Of a DNA stretch of 64,000 nucleotides, positions 1 through 8,561 are shown piece by piece (the first letter of the stretch is position 1; the number at the start of each line of letters is the position of its first letter). The translations under genes were made by a program, and so were the position numbers. Under the pieces are notes generated by a model. That model was given only the letters and a program-made list of their open reading frames with translations. It had not been told where the DNA came from and ran no database searches. This DNA is from Acidimicrobiia bacterium (GTDB lineage: Bacteria; Actinomycetota; Acidimicrobiia; IMCC26256; JBMOIW01), in contig JBMOIW010000002.1 in assembly GCA_049317145.1 (NCBI GenBank), positions 2,121 to 66,120 on the forward strand. Direction: 5' to 3'.

Positions 1-417
1 AACACCAACCGTGCGGTCTGACATTTTGGACGTGAGATTTTGGTCCCAGTAATGATCGATCAAGATTCGATGCTTCGCAGTGCTGTTACCGGTGGTGAAG
101 TTGCAGACTGAGGTGGTTTTCTCGGACATGCCCCGAGTGCAGTCGCCGCCGGGAAAGGTTCCCGGCCATTTGCCGTCCTTTTGACGTTCGATTCGCACCT
201 TGTAGTACTGGCCACGACCGGCTGTTTGGGTGAGCGATACCGTCACTTTGCCGTCGCCAGTCACGGTAAACGTCGTTGCGCCAACGAGATTGTTCGTGAA
301 ATCGTAACTGCCAGAAAATCCTGGGCTTGCAGTTGCGTGCGCTGCACCTGGTGCGACGGCGACCAGGCCGAGGATTGCGGTTGCTGCGGATGCAAACTTT
401 AAGACTGTGCGCTTCAT
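1..417 (-). CDS. secreted protein of unknown function (C-terminus beyond left edge)
   Basis: This frame is absent from the supplied track because it stays open to position 1. ATG at 417 gives MKRTVLKFASAATAILGLVAVAPGAAHA..., which is signal-peptide-like with an AHA cleavage-type site, followed by a Gly/Thr-rich mature part. The track ORF 86..427(-) is a different, Arg-rich frame. Confidence 0.55.
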   Translation of the reverse strand, partial: MKRTVLKFASAATAILGLVAVAPGAAHATASPGFSGSYDFTNNLVGATTFTVTGDGKVTVSLTQTAGRGQYYKVRIERQKDGKWPGTFPGGDCTRGMSEKTTSVCNFTTGNSTAKHRILIDHYWDQNLTSKMSDRTVGV

Positions 418-593
418 AGATTTTCACCCCGAGAACTTTTGCCCCGGACCTTCACGTACTACCCGTGTCGGCCTGTAAGCACCATTTCGGACATTTAGCC
501 ACGATCAGTACAGATTGCCAATGGGCCGATCGACTTATTCGCTGTCCAAAACACCCGGGGTTGAGGCCCTGACCCCCGCTACCATCGGCGTTC

Positions 594-1535
594 ATGTCCC
601 GCATCGCATTCCTGGGCCCGCCCGGCACCTTCACCGAAGAAGCGCTGCTGACCCAGGCCGATCTCGCCCAGCTTGAGCGCGCCCCCATGGCAACCGTGCC
701 CGAGGTCATCACCGCGGTCGACGAGGGTCAGACCATTCGCGGAATCGTCCCGATCGAGAACTCCATCGAGGGTTCGGTAGCCGTCACCCTCGACACCCTC
801 GCGTTCGACACCGACCTATTGATTCAGCGCGAGATCGACCTCCCGATCTCGTTGCAGCTCGCCACCAAGCCCGGTACGAAGCTCGGCGACATTCACGTCG
901 TCATGTCGCACCCACACGCGCTCGCACAGTGTCGGGTCTGGAAGTCCAACAAGCTGCCGGGTGCAGCGACCGAGGCAGCCAATTCCACCAGCGAAGCCGC
1001 GCGCCTCGTCAGCCAAACCAGTTCCGCGGACCGCGCGGCAATCTGTACGGCGTATGCAGCGAAGCTCTACGGCCTCAAGGTCTTGGCTTCCGACATCCAA
1101 GATCATTCCGGCAACCAAACGCGCTTTGTGTTGTTGGGCCGGGGCATCCCGGCGCCCACCGGCCACGACAAAACCTCGATCGTGTGTTTTCAGCGTCAGG
1201 ACAAACCTGGGTCGTTGCTCGCGATCCTCTCTGAGTTCGCGTCGCGCAACATCAACCTCACCAAACTCGAAAGCCGGCCCACCAAACACGGGCTCGGGCA
1301 GTACTGCTTTTTTATCGACTTCAACGGCCACCTCGCCGACGAACGCATCGCCGATTGTTTGCGTCATCTCGCGGCGCGACAAGCCGAGGTGAAGTTCCTA
1401 GGCTCCTATCCGGTCGCCGGCGCCGAAGCACCGTCGCAGCGCGAACAGGCCACAAAACAATGGAAACAAGCCGGTGCCTGGCTCGACGAACTGCGAGCGC
1501 AGGTGCGCCAACCTCACGAAGATCCCCAGGTGTGA
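594..1535 (+). CDS. pheA: prephenate dehydratase
   Basis: 313 aa. N-terminus 'RIAFLGPPGTFTEEA' matches the PDT domain, and the C-terminal ACT-type region carries 'ESRPTK'. A TACCAT hexamer lies 8 nt upstream of the ATG. Confidence 0.9.
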   Translation: MSRIAFLGPPGTFTEEALLTQADLAQLERAPMATVPEVITAVDEGQTIRGIVPIENSIEGSVAVTLDTLAFDTDLLIQREIDLPISLQLATKPGTKLGDIHVVMSHPHALAQCRVWKSNKLPGAATEAANSTSEAARLVSQTSSADRAAICTAYAAKLYGLKVLASDIQDHSGNQTRFVLLGRGIPAPTGHDKTSIVCFQRQDKPGSLLAILSEFASRNINLTKLESRPTKHGLGQYCFFIDFNGHLADERIADCLRHLAARQAEVKFLGSYPVAGAEAPSQREQATKQWKQAGAWLDELRAQVRQPHEDPQV

Positions 1536-1536
1536 C

Positions 1537-2793
1537 GTGATTGATCTCAAGCGATTGCGCGACGAACCCGAATATCGCGCCGGCATCGAACGCAAGCGGG
1601 TGCGGGTCGGACTTATCGACGAGTTGCTCGCGGCCGACGATCGGCGCCGCGCGCTTATCAACGATGTCGAAGCGTTGCGCGCCGAACAAAACGCAGCGAG
1701 CAAAGCGATCTCACAGGCCGCACCCGACGAACGCCCGGCCCGCATCGAAGCGGCAACCGCGCTCAAAGAACGTCTCGCAACGCTCGAACCCGATCTCGAT
1801 GCGCTGGAGGCCGAAGTGCGCGCCCTGGCGCTCACGGTGCCCAACCCTTGCGACACCGATGTGCCGAGCGGCGGCGAAGACGACGGCGAGGTCATTCGCG
1901 TCGTCGGCGACCCTCGTCCGGAGCCAACCCTCGATCATGCGGATTACGGACTGGCGATGGGCTGGATCGAACACGAACACGCCGTCGCAATGGCGGGTTC
2001 GCGCTTTGCGTACCTCATGCGCGAAGCCGTGTTGTTGGAATTCGCACTCGTCCAATACGCCATGAACACGCTGGTGCGACATGGGTTTACCCCCGTGGTC
2101 ACTCCGGTGTTGGTGCGCGAACAGACCATGGAACAAGCGGGGTTTTTCCCGACCGATCGCGCGGCGGTCTACGAAGTCGACGGCGGCGAGCTGTATCTCA
2201 CCGGGACGAGCGAAGTTCCGCTCTCGGCGCTGCACGCCGGCGACAAGCTCGATGGTGAAGCGCTACCGCTGCGTTATGCCGGGTTCTCGTCGTGTTTCCG
2301 ACGCGAGGCGGGCACCTACGGCAAAGACACGCGCGGCATTTTCCGCGTCCACCAGTTCGACAAAGTCGAGATGTTCGTCTTCGCCGATCCCGACCACTCG
2401 GACGCCGAACACGAGCGGCTGCTCGCCATCGAAGAAGAAATCATCGGCGGGCTCGGCTTTTCGTATCGCGTCGTCAACATCGCGGCGGGCGATCTCGGAC
2501 CGGCCGCCACCAAGAAATTCGACGTTGAAGTGTGGTTGCCGAGCGAAGGCCAATACCGCGAGCTCACCTCGTGTTCCAACTATCGCGACTACTCCGCGCG
2601 TCGCTTGGGAACTCGAGCCAATGTGCCGGGCAGCAAACAGCTGCGACTGGTCCACACCCTCAACGGCACAGCGTGTGCGGTGGGCCGAACACTGCTCAAT
2701 TTGTTCGAGTACTACCAGCAGCCCGATGGCAGCTTCGTAGTGCCCGAGGTCCTGCGCACCTACCTCGGCACCGACGTCATCCCCGCTCGCTGA
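1537..2793 (+). CDS. serS: seryl-tRNA synthetase
   Basis: Track ORF 1474..2793 trimmed to the in-frame GTG at 1537, just after the pheA stop. This gives 'VIDLKRLRDEPEYRAG', the canonical SerRS N-terminus. A class II core is present ('FRVHQFDKVE', 'NGTACAVGRTL'). Confidence 0.92.
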   Translation: MIDLKRLRDEPEYRAGIERKRVRVGLIDELLAADDRRRALINDVEALRAEQNAASKAISQAAPDERPARIEAATALKERLATLEPDLDALEAEVRALALTVPNPCDTDVPSGGEDDGEVIRVVGDPRPEPTLDHADYGLAMGWIEHEHAVAMAGSRFAYLMREAVLLEFALVQYAMNTLVRHGFTPVVTPVLVREQTMEQAGFFPTDRAAVYEVDGGELYLTGTSEVPLSALHAGDKLDGEALPLRYAGFSSCFRREAGTYGKDTRGIFRVHQFDKVEMFVFADPDHSDAEHERLLAIEEEIIGGLGFSYRVVNIAAGDLGPAATKKFDVEVWLPSEGQYRELTSCSNYRDYSARRLGTRANVPGSKQLRLVHTLNGTACAVGRTLLNLFEYYQQPDGSFVVPEVLRTYLGTDVIPAR

Positions 2794-2815
2794 ACAAGCG
2801 TTAGCCTCTCGCCCC

Positions 2816-2901
2816 GGAGGGATGCCGGAGTGGACGAACGGGACGGTCTTGAAAACCGTTGAGCGAGAGCTCCGTGGGTTCGAATCCCACTCCCTCCGCC
2901 A
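2816..2901 (+). tRNA. tRNA-Ser (anticodon TGA), CCA encoded
   Basis: Acceptor GGAGGGA/TCCCTCC, anticodon stem ACGGT/ACCGT with loop CTTGAAA, long variable arm, T-arm GGGTTCGAATCCC, then GCCA. Confidence 0.9.
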
Positions 2902-2905
2902 CATT

Positions 2906-3385
2906 GTGGTGCTCTCCGATACGCATTGCATGCCTGGTCGGTCGCGCCGACTCCCCGACGCGGCGTATGCGGCACTCGAGACCGCTGATCTCATCCTGCA
3001 CGCCGGCGACATCACGACGCGTCATCTCCTCGACGAACTCGAAGCGTTTGCGCCGGTGCTCGCGGTGCTGGGGAACAACGATCACGAACTCATCGGTCTG
3101 TTGCCCGAAACTCGTGAACTCACGCTTGGCGGTGTGCGCGTTGCGATGGTGCACGACAGTGGGCACAAGGACAGTCGTGCCGCGCGCATGCGTACACGGT
3201 TTCCGGACGCGGACATCGTGATCTTCGGGCATAGCCACGAACCGTGCGCGCAACGCACCGCCGAGGGTCTGGTGTTGTTCAACCCGGGATCGCCGACCGA
3301 ACGGCGCCGCGCCCCCGAACACACCATCGGTGTGCTCGACATCGCCGATGGAGCACTGCAGCGTTACGCCGTCGTATCTGTCTGA
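2906..3385 (+). CDS. metallophosphoesterase (YfcE/MJ0936-type phosphodiesterase)
   Basis: Track ORF 2822..3385 starts inside the tRNA, so it is trimmed to GTG 2906. Motifs 'VVLSDTH', 'HAGD', 'GNND' and 'GHSH' are the calcineurin-like phosphoesterase signature. Confidence 0.8.
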   Translation: MVLSDTHCMPGRSRRLPDAAYAALETADLILHAGDITTRHLLDELEAFAPVLAVLGNNDHELIGLLPETRELTLGGVRVAMVHDSGHKDSRAARMRTRFPDADIVIFGHSHEPCAQRTAEGLVLFNPGSPTERRRAPEHTIGVLDIADGALQRYAVVSV

Positions 3386-3996
3386 ACGGCGCGCCGCGCG
3401 CGAAGGAGTGCAAGGCCGGTGACGACGCAGGCCACCGCAGCGAATGCGGCGAGGATGAACCACATAATCATCCATGCCCGCGCAAACGTGCGGTCGGTGC
3501 GACCCACCGAAACAAAGTTGCCGCCGCCCCCTTGCGCGGCGACGGTGTAGAGGTCGGTCGCGGGAAGGACCACGGACCCCACACTTGTGCCCGTGCGGCG
3601 CGGCGTCCAGTAATGCTGACCGGCATCACTCGGGTTGAGAGGCACTTCGTTGCCGAGAGTGTCGTAGACGTGCACGGTCATCGTGCCGGGTTGCATGGGA
3701 AACGCTTTCGCTTGCTCCACCCACACGTCCGCAGATCCCTTGGTCAACAAGAGTTTCTCGGCGCCGGGTGCGCGTAAGCGCGGGAACGAACTCTGCGTGG
3801 TTTGCATGCCGATGTATTGCGCAACGCCGAGCACGAGGAATGTGGCGAGGGCAACGAGACTTGTCCACCAAGCGAGGGTGCGAAACGACGGCCCGGGACG
3901 CGTGGGATCGATCCCATCTCCGGTGATCCCATCCTCGGCGATCCCGTCCTCGGTCGTGAGTTGGTAGTCGGTGTTCGGAGTTGCGACGTTGCTCAA
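3364..3996 (-). CDS. bitopic membrane protein, unknown function (paralog of 3993..4607)
   Basis: 210 aa. Acidic N-tail, one TM segment (LAWWTSLVALATFLVLGVAQYIG), an extracytoplasmic domain of about 110 aa, and a C-terminal TM segment. The TTG start overlaps the upstream stop as TTGA. Confidence 0.6.
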   Translation of the reverse strand: MSNVATPNTDYQLTTEDGIAEDGITGDGIDPTRPGPSFRTLAWWTSLVALATFLVLGVAQYIGMQTTQSSFPRLRAPGAEKLLLTKGSADVWVEQAKAFPMQPGTMTVHVYDTLGNEVPLNPSDAGQHYWTPRRTGTSVGSVVLPATDLYTVAAQGGGGNFVSVGRTDRTFARAWMIMWFILAAFAAVACVVTGLALLRARRAVQTDTTA

Positions 3997-4607
3997 TGCA
4001 GCACCTGGGCATGTCGGGCGTTGGATCGTTTGACGATACCGATGATGATAAGCACGACTCCGACGAGCGCGATCAGCCCGCCGAGAAACACGCCGATCAC
4101 AATCAGCCCGATACCAATTGCGAATGCCGCAACGCCGACGTTGCCGAACGTAATGGTTTCGGCGCCGGTGCCGGTCACAATGACCTCATACGAACCGGTT
4201 GCAGGAACAACCAGGACGCCCACGAGTTTGCTGAATTGGTTGTCACCGCTGAACGTTTCGCTCGATGCGGGGGTTCGGATGACGAGTTCGTCGCCCGTGT
4301 TCGGGTCGATGACCGCGAGCGCAACTTTGTTGGGCTCTACGAAAAGCTCCGAGCGCGCTTCAAACCAGATATCAATGTTGCCTTTTTGTAAGTCGATGGT
4401 TTGCGTTGTCGGCACTTGGACACGAGGCAACTCTTCATGGTGATCGAACACCCCAATTACTTGCCACAACCCAACGCCAATTCCTGCGGTGGCGAGGACG
4501 AGCCCGATGACCAGCAAGATCAGCCCGACACGCAGGACACGCGATCCCGCTCGGCGAGTGGGCGGGTACGACTCGAGGTAGAGGGGCGGCCACGGGGTAT
4601 CGCTCAT
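3993..4607 (-). CDS. bitopic membrane protein, unknown function (paralog of 3364..3996)
   Basis: 204 aa with the same TM-domain-TM layout. Shares 'KG..D(I/V)W.E' and 'V(L/V)PATG.Y.V' with its neighbour. Confidence 0.65.
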   Translation of the reverse strand: MSDTPWPPLYLESYPPTRRAGSRVLRVGLILLVIGLVLATAGIGVGLWQVIGVFDHHEELPRVQVPTTQTIDLQKGNIDIWFEARSELFVEPNKVALAVIDPNTGDELVIRTPASSETFSGDNQFSKLVGVLVVPATGSYEVIVTGTGAETITFGNVGVAAFAIGIGLIVIGVFLGGLIALVGVVLIIIGIVKRSNARHAQVLH

Positions 4608-4669
4608 TGGGGGATTCTCGCATAGGTTGTTTGGGCCGAGGCGAGTATGCCCACCAACGCGGAGGAACC

Positions 4670-5116
4670 ATGTCCGGACCCGTGCTCCAGGTCAGCCGCA
4701 CCATTGCCGCATCCCCGCAAGCGATCTTTTCGGTGTTGGCCGATCCGGCGCAGCACCACGTGATCGACGGTTCGGGTTACGTGGGCGCCCCGCTCCGTGA
4801 TTCCCCCGAACGGCTCGCGCTCGGCGCGACGTTTGGGATGCACATGCGATTCGGCGTGCCGTACCGCATCGAAAATTCTGTCGTGGAATTCGAGGAACCG
4901 ACCCGCATTGCATGGCGCCATTTCGGCGGGCATATCTGGCGCTACGTACTCCAGTCGGGTGATGGTGGCACTTTGGTCACGGAGACCTTTGATGCGACAA
5001 CCGGGCGTGGCGGCATCTTCTATGCGCTGCTGCGGGTTACACACACCCACCCGCCGGCAATGGCGCGCACCCTGGAGCGCCTCGACCGGCTGGTGACGAC
5101 CGGATCGCCGGAGTGA
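4670..5116 (+). CDS. SRPBCC-family (polyketide cyclase/START-like) protein
   Basis: Trimmed to ATG 4670. 'MSGPVLQVSRTIAASPQAIFSVLADPAQHHVIDGSG' is the typical SRPBCC N-terminal strand-helix. Confidence 0.65.
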   Translation: MSGPVLQVSRTIAASPQAIFSVLADPAQHHVIDGSGYVGAPLRDSPERLALGATFGMHMRFGVPYRIENSVVEFEEPTRIAWRHFGGHIWRYVLQSGDGGTLVTETFDATTGRGGIFYALLRVTHTHPPAMARTLERLDRLVTTGSPE

Positions 5117-5139
5117 TGTGCCTCGTATACTGCCCACGC

Positions 5140-5161
5140 TCATCACAGTTCGCTGTGATGA
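5140..5161 (+). other. perfect 9-bp hairpin with UUCG loop, 2 nt upstream of tRNA-Ser(GCT)
   Basis: tcatcacag-ttcg-ctgtgatga. A TATACT -10-like hexamer at 5126..5131 lies just upstream. Confidence 0.5.
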
Positions 5162-5163
5162 AC

Positions 5164-5253
5164 GGAGGGCTGACCGAGTGGCCGAAGGTGCTCGCCTGCT
5201 AAGCGAGTAGGGGGAGTAAATCCTCCTCGAGGGTTCAAATCCCTCGCCCTCCG
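5164..5253 (+). tRNA. tRNA-Ser (anticodon GCT)
   Basis: Acceptor GGAGGGC/GCCCTCC, anticodon stem CTCGC/GCGAG with loop CTGCTAA, long variable arm, T-arm GGGTTCAAATCCC. No CCA is encoded. Confidence 0.9.
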
Positions 5254-5264
5254 CAACCAATTTC

Positions 5265-6806
5265 GTGCGCGAACATGAGCGAGCAGGTGTGACTGAACTG
5301 AACGACGAAACTCTCGAGCGCCATCACGGTCCCGATCCGCGTCCCGGCGCGCATTACGCCAATGGGTACGCGTGCACGCACACGGCGCTCGCAGCCAAAG
5401 ACGCACCCGAGGGCACTGCGGTGCGCTGCGCCGGTCGCTTGGTGTTGTGGCGCCCAATGGGTGGCATCGCGTTCGGCACCATCCACGATCGAACGGGTCG
5501 CGTGCAGATTTCGATTCGCAAGAACGAACTCGGCCCCGAGGTCTTTAAGGCCACGTGTGCCGCGTTGCGCATCGGGGACTTCGTCGGCATCGATGGCGCA
5601 ATGTGGACCACCGAAAAGGGGGAGTCCACCATTGGCGGTACCGAGCTGGTGTTGCTTGCGCCGAATCGGCGCCCGATGCCCGATAAGTGGGCGGGGATCT
5701 CCGACGTCGAGGCGCGTTATCGCCGACGATTCCTCGACTTGTTGTACAACGACGAATCCCGCGAGCGGTTCATGACCCGCGTGCGCGTCATTGCGTTTAT
5801 CCGCCGCTACCTCGACGACAACGGGTTTCTCGAGGTCGAAACGCCCATGCTCATTCCGGCGGCGTCGGGAGCTGCGGCCCGCCCGTTTATCACGCACCAC
5901 AACGCGCTCGACATCGACCTGTTTTTGCGAATCTCGCCCGAGACGTACCTCAAGCGACTGACTGCAGGAGGTTTGGAGCGGGTGTACGAACTCGGTCGCA
6001 ACTTTCGCAACGAAGGCATCGATGCGTCGCACCTCCAAGAGTTCACGATGCTCGAGTGGTACGCGGCGTATTGGAGCTACCTCGACAACATGGACTTCGT
6101 CGAGGCGCTCATTCGCGAGCTCGTACTCACCGTCACTGGCGGCACCACCATCGAACGCGAAGGGGTCACACTCGATTTCGGGCCGGCGTTCCCGCGTATC
6201 GATTACCGCGACGCGGTGCGCGACGGATGTGGTGTTGATCTGCGCGTCGCGCGCGATCTGGAGTCGCTGCGCGCCGAAATCAAGCGGGTGGGAATCGAGA
6301 TCGACACTGATGTTCCCACCTACGCCGCGCTCGTTGACCAGCTCTACAAAAAGACAGTGCGCCCACACTTGATCCAGCCGTGTTTCTTGGTGCATCACCC
6401 CGCCGAGCTCGTCCCGCTGGCACGTCGCAACGACGACGATCCTGCGGTGCTCGACATGTTCCAGTTCGTCGTGTTCGGTTGGGAAGTCGTCAAGGCTTAC
6501 AGCGAACTCGTAGATCCCGTTGAGCAGCGCACCCGCCTCGAAGAACAAATGGCGATGCGCGAAGCGGGCGATGACGAAACCATGATGCTCGAAGAGGATT
6601 TTCTCGAGGCCATGGAGTACGGCATGCCGCCCCAAAGTGGTTTGGGCTTTGGTATCGATCGTTTTGTGGCGTTACTTACGGGCGCACACACGTTGCGCGA
6701 CGTGGTGTTTTTCCCGCAGATGCGCGATCAGGTGCGCAACGACGCAGATGCAGACGCAGACGCAGCTGCTTCGTCAGACGACGCCGAGCTCACTCCAGAG
6801 TCGTAA
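5265..6806 (+). CDS. lysS: lysyl-tRNA synthetase, class II
   Basis: OB anticodon-binding region ('GRLVLWRPMGGIAFGTIHDRTGRVQI') and class II motifs ('ELGRNFRNEGID', 'PPQSGLGFGIDR'). GTG start (5265, or alternatively 5289). Carries an acidic (DA)n C-terminal tail. Confidence 0.9.
   Translation: MREHERAGVTELNDETLERHHGPDPRPGAHYANGYACTHTALAAKDAPEGTAVRCAGRLVLWRPMGGIAFGTIHDRTGRVQISIRKNELGPEVFKATCAALRIGDFVGIDGAMWTTEKGESTIGGTELVLLAPNRRPMPDKWAGISDVEARYRRRFLDLLYNDESRERFMTRVRVIAFIRRYLDDNGFLEVETPMLIPAASGAAARPFITHHNALDIDLFLRISPETYLKRLTAGGLERVYELGRNFRNEGIDASHLQEFTMLEWYAAYWSYLDNMDFVEALIRELVLTVTGGTTIEREGVTLDFGPAFPRIDYRDAVRDGCGVDLRVARDLESLRAEIKRVGIEIDTDVPTYAALVDQLYKKTVRPHLIQPCFLVHHPAELVPLARRNDDDPAVLDMFQFVVFGWEVVKAYSELVDPVEQRTRLEEQMAMREAGDDETMMLEEDFLEAMEYGMPPQSGLGFGIDRFVALLTGAHTLRDVVFFPQMRDQVRNDADADADAAASSDDAELTPES
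6741..6764 (+). repeat. hexanucleotide GA(C/T)GCA x4 encoding (DA)4 in the LysRS C-terminal tail
   Basis: gacgca gatgca gacgca gacgca, read directly from the sequence. Confidence 0.6.
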
Positions 6807-7341
6807 CTCGCTGCAGCTCCTGCAGGAGCAGCGCGGTAGTCGTTTCGAGCGGCTGCGTCATATCGAGCACGAGATCGGGATCAAGTTCCTCACTCCGAGC
6901 GGCAACACTGGCGACAAGATCATCGTCGAGCTCGCGTCCGGCGTGGGGAGTACCAGCGGCCCGATCGTTATCAATTCGGGCCTGCGCGACCTCGATGGTC
7001 ACATGGCAATGAACAACGAGTGCTGAAGCACCAAACTCTCGTGCGACAATGCGCACGGCCTCTGCTTCACTTCGGCGCGTGAATGGCATCCCTTCGAGGA
7101 TGACCCACCGGTTGCGTTCAAGATGGTGGACCGCTCCGCCCAACATTGCTTCGAACGCCACGAGTTTTTCGTCCTCCGTCCAGTCGCACGGAGCAAACAG
7201 CGCCGCGCGAACCTCGTCGCGCGACAGGACGCGAACGTCGATTCCTTCGCGTTGCGCGAGTGTTTGGGCGTTGCGAGCCAGGGTTGTTTTTCCTGCCCCG
7301 GGCAGGCCGGCCAGGGCAATGAGCGCAGGTCCCAACGGCAT
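6790..7341 (-). CDS. P-loop ATPase / predicted kinase (AAA_33-like)
   Basis: Walker A 'GLPGAGKTTLA' lies near the N-terminus of this 183-aa protein. The 3' end overlaps the lysS 3' end by 17 nt (convergent). Confidence 0.65.
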   Translation of the reverse strand: MPLGPALIALAGLPGAGKTTLARNAQTLAQREGIDVRVLSRDEVRAALFAPCDWTEDEKLVAFEAMLGGAVHHLERNRWVILEGMPFTRRSEAEAVRIVAREFGASALVVHCHVTIEVAQARIDNDRAAGTPHAGRELDDDLVASVAARSEELDPDLVLDMTQPLETTTALLLQELQRVTTLE

Positions 7342-7413
7342 GGCGGCAGGCTAGGTGCTCGCTGGGAGGCTTGCCGCCTACAATCGAGCGTCCTTTCCAC
7401 ACAGGTACGTGAC

Positions 7414-8217
7414 ATGCAGCAACTCACGGGCGAACGCCCCATTGAAGGCAAGACCCCGGCCGGGATTCTGGCCCTCCACGACGCCGGGTATCGCGCGGTT
7501 GCCGACGCGGCACGTCCGGGACGGTTCTTGGATGTCGGATGCGGGCTCGGGGATTACGCCGCGACGTTTGCCTCACCGAAGTGCGCGGTGTTCGGAATCG
7601 ATTACGACTCGTTGACGGCGTATCAAGCGCACGCAATCCATCCGGAGCTCTCCACGGTGTGCAGTGACGGCGCAGTGTTGCCGTGGCGCGACGCAACGTT
7701 CGACACGGTGTGTTCGTCGCATCTGATTGAACACTTCACCGACCCCGAACCCCACGTCGCAGAACTCGCGCGCGTGTGCGCGGACGATGGCGTGGTGTGC
7801 ATCGTTACCCCGAACGCACCCGCCGATTTCGAAAACCCGTATCACCTGTACTTGTTTGATCCCGCCGATTTGCAGCGCATGTTGGAACGGCACTTTGCCG
7901 ACGTGACCGTGACCGGACTCGATGGGGACGACGAACTCAAAGCCGAATTCGAACAGCGTCGGCGGTTTGGACGAGCGGTACTCAAAGCGGATGTGTTGAA
8001 CTTGCGGCATCGCTTGCCGCGGCGCGCGTACGTCGAGATGCACGCGCTGGCGCGCCGCGTTGCGTATCCGTTGGTGCGCCTGAAGCAGCGCTTCGATCGC
8101 ACACAGGGGGTCGCCGCGCCGAGCGCGGTCACTGCCGACAATTTCCATCTCACCGAGGCGATCGACGAATCCACGCTGGTCCTCTTCGCGGTTGCTCGTA
8201 AGCCGCTCCGGCCCTAA
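7414..8217 (+). CDS. class I SAM-dependent methyltransferase
   Basis: Track ORF 7123..8217 trimmed to ATG 7414. Motif I 'FLDVGCGLGDYA' and post-I 'VFGIDYD' are present. Confidence 0.8.
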   Translation: MQQLTGERPIEGKTPAGILALHDAGYRAVADAARPGRFLDVGCGLGDYAATFASPKCAVFGIDYDSLTAYQAHAIHPELSTVCSDGAVLPWRDATFDTVCSSHLIEHFTDPEPHVAELARVCADDGVVCIVTPNAPADFENPYHLYLFDPADLQRMLERHFADVTVTGLDGDDELKAEFEQRRRFGRAVLKADVLNLRHRLPRRAYVEMHALARRVAYPLVRLKQRFDRTQGVAAPSAVTADNFHLTEAIDESTLVLFAVARKPLRP

Positions 8218-8289
8218 GGCGGGACCGCCTGCAGCCGTCCGTCGCACTGGCCGGTCCCGGAGCGGCTCGCCTACACTGCTGGGCCTCAT

Positions 8290-8362
8290 GCACTCGTAGC
8301 TCAATGGATAGAGCATCTGACTACGGATCAGAAGGTTGGGAGTTCGAGTCTCTCCGAGTGCG
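8290..8362 (+). tRNA. tRNA-Arg (anticodon ACG)
   Basis: Acceptor GCACTCG/CGAGTGC, D-arm GCTCAATGGATAGAGC, anticodon stem TCTGA/TCAGA with loop CTACGGA, T-arm GGGAGTTCGAGTCTCTC. Confidence 0.9.
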
Positions 8363-8366
8363 CACC

Positions 8367-8405
8367 GCTTCGCCCGGGCCGCAAGGCTCGGGCGAAGCTG
8401 TTTTC
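8367..8405 (+). terminator. intrinsic terminator after tRNA-Arg
   Basis: A stem of about 14 bp, gcttcgcccgggcc-gcaa-ggctcgggcgaagc (GCAA loop), followed by tgttttc. Confidence 0.65.
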
Positions 8406-8561
8406 CGGATCCGGATCGGCACGATCGGCTGCGACGGGGAATTCCCGCAAGCGTTGCAGTTCTGCGTCGACAGAAGGTTCGCCGGGCCGGATTAGCCTTT
8501 CCGCATGACAGGATTTGGAACTCACCCACCCGGAAATGACGGTGTAACTCAATCTCGGCGC

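Noticed and set aside
427-593. T-box or other leader RNAs upstream of pheA, serS and lysS.
   Set aside because: serS starts 1 nt after the pheA stop, and lysS starts 11 nt after a tRNA, so no leader space exists. In the 167-nt region upstream of pheA I recognise no specifier or T-box sequence.
2822-3385. Track ORFs that run through tRNA genes: 2822.. (+), 2263..3015 (-), 4604..5260 (-), 7573..8529 (-), 51336..52031 (-), 51785..52426 (-) and 52200..52415 (-).
   Set aside because: Strings such as 'GFEPT/GFESH' and 'GETRTPN' are the well-known translations of tRNA T-arms. The ORFs were trimmed to downstream starts or discarded.
5235-6635. 466-aa ORF antisense to lysS. Similar long antisense or alternative-frame ORFs occur at 37069..39006, 38133..39389, 13428..14498, 53128..54369, 53214..54290, 40570..41622, 19992..20825 and 23014..23850.
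   Set aside because: Each lies opposite to, or out of frame with, a gene carrying strong family motifs. The translations are Arg/His/Pro/Ser-rich low-complexity sequences typical of non-coding frames in GC-rich DNA, and I see no motifs in them.
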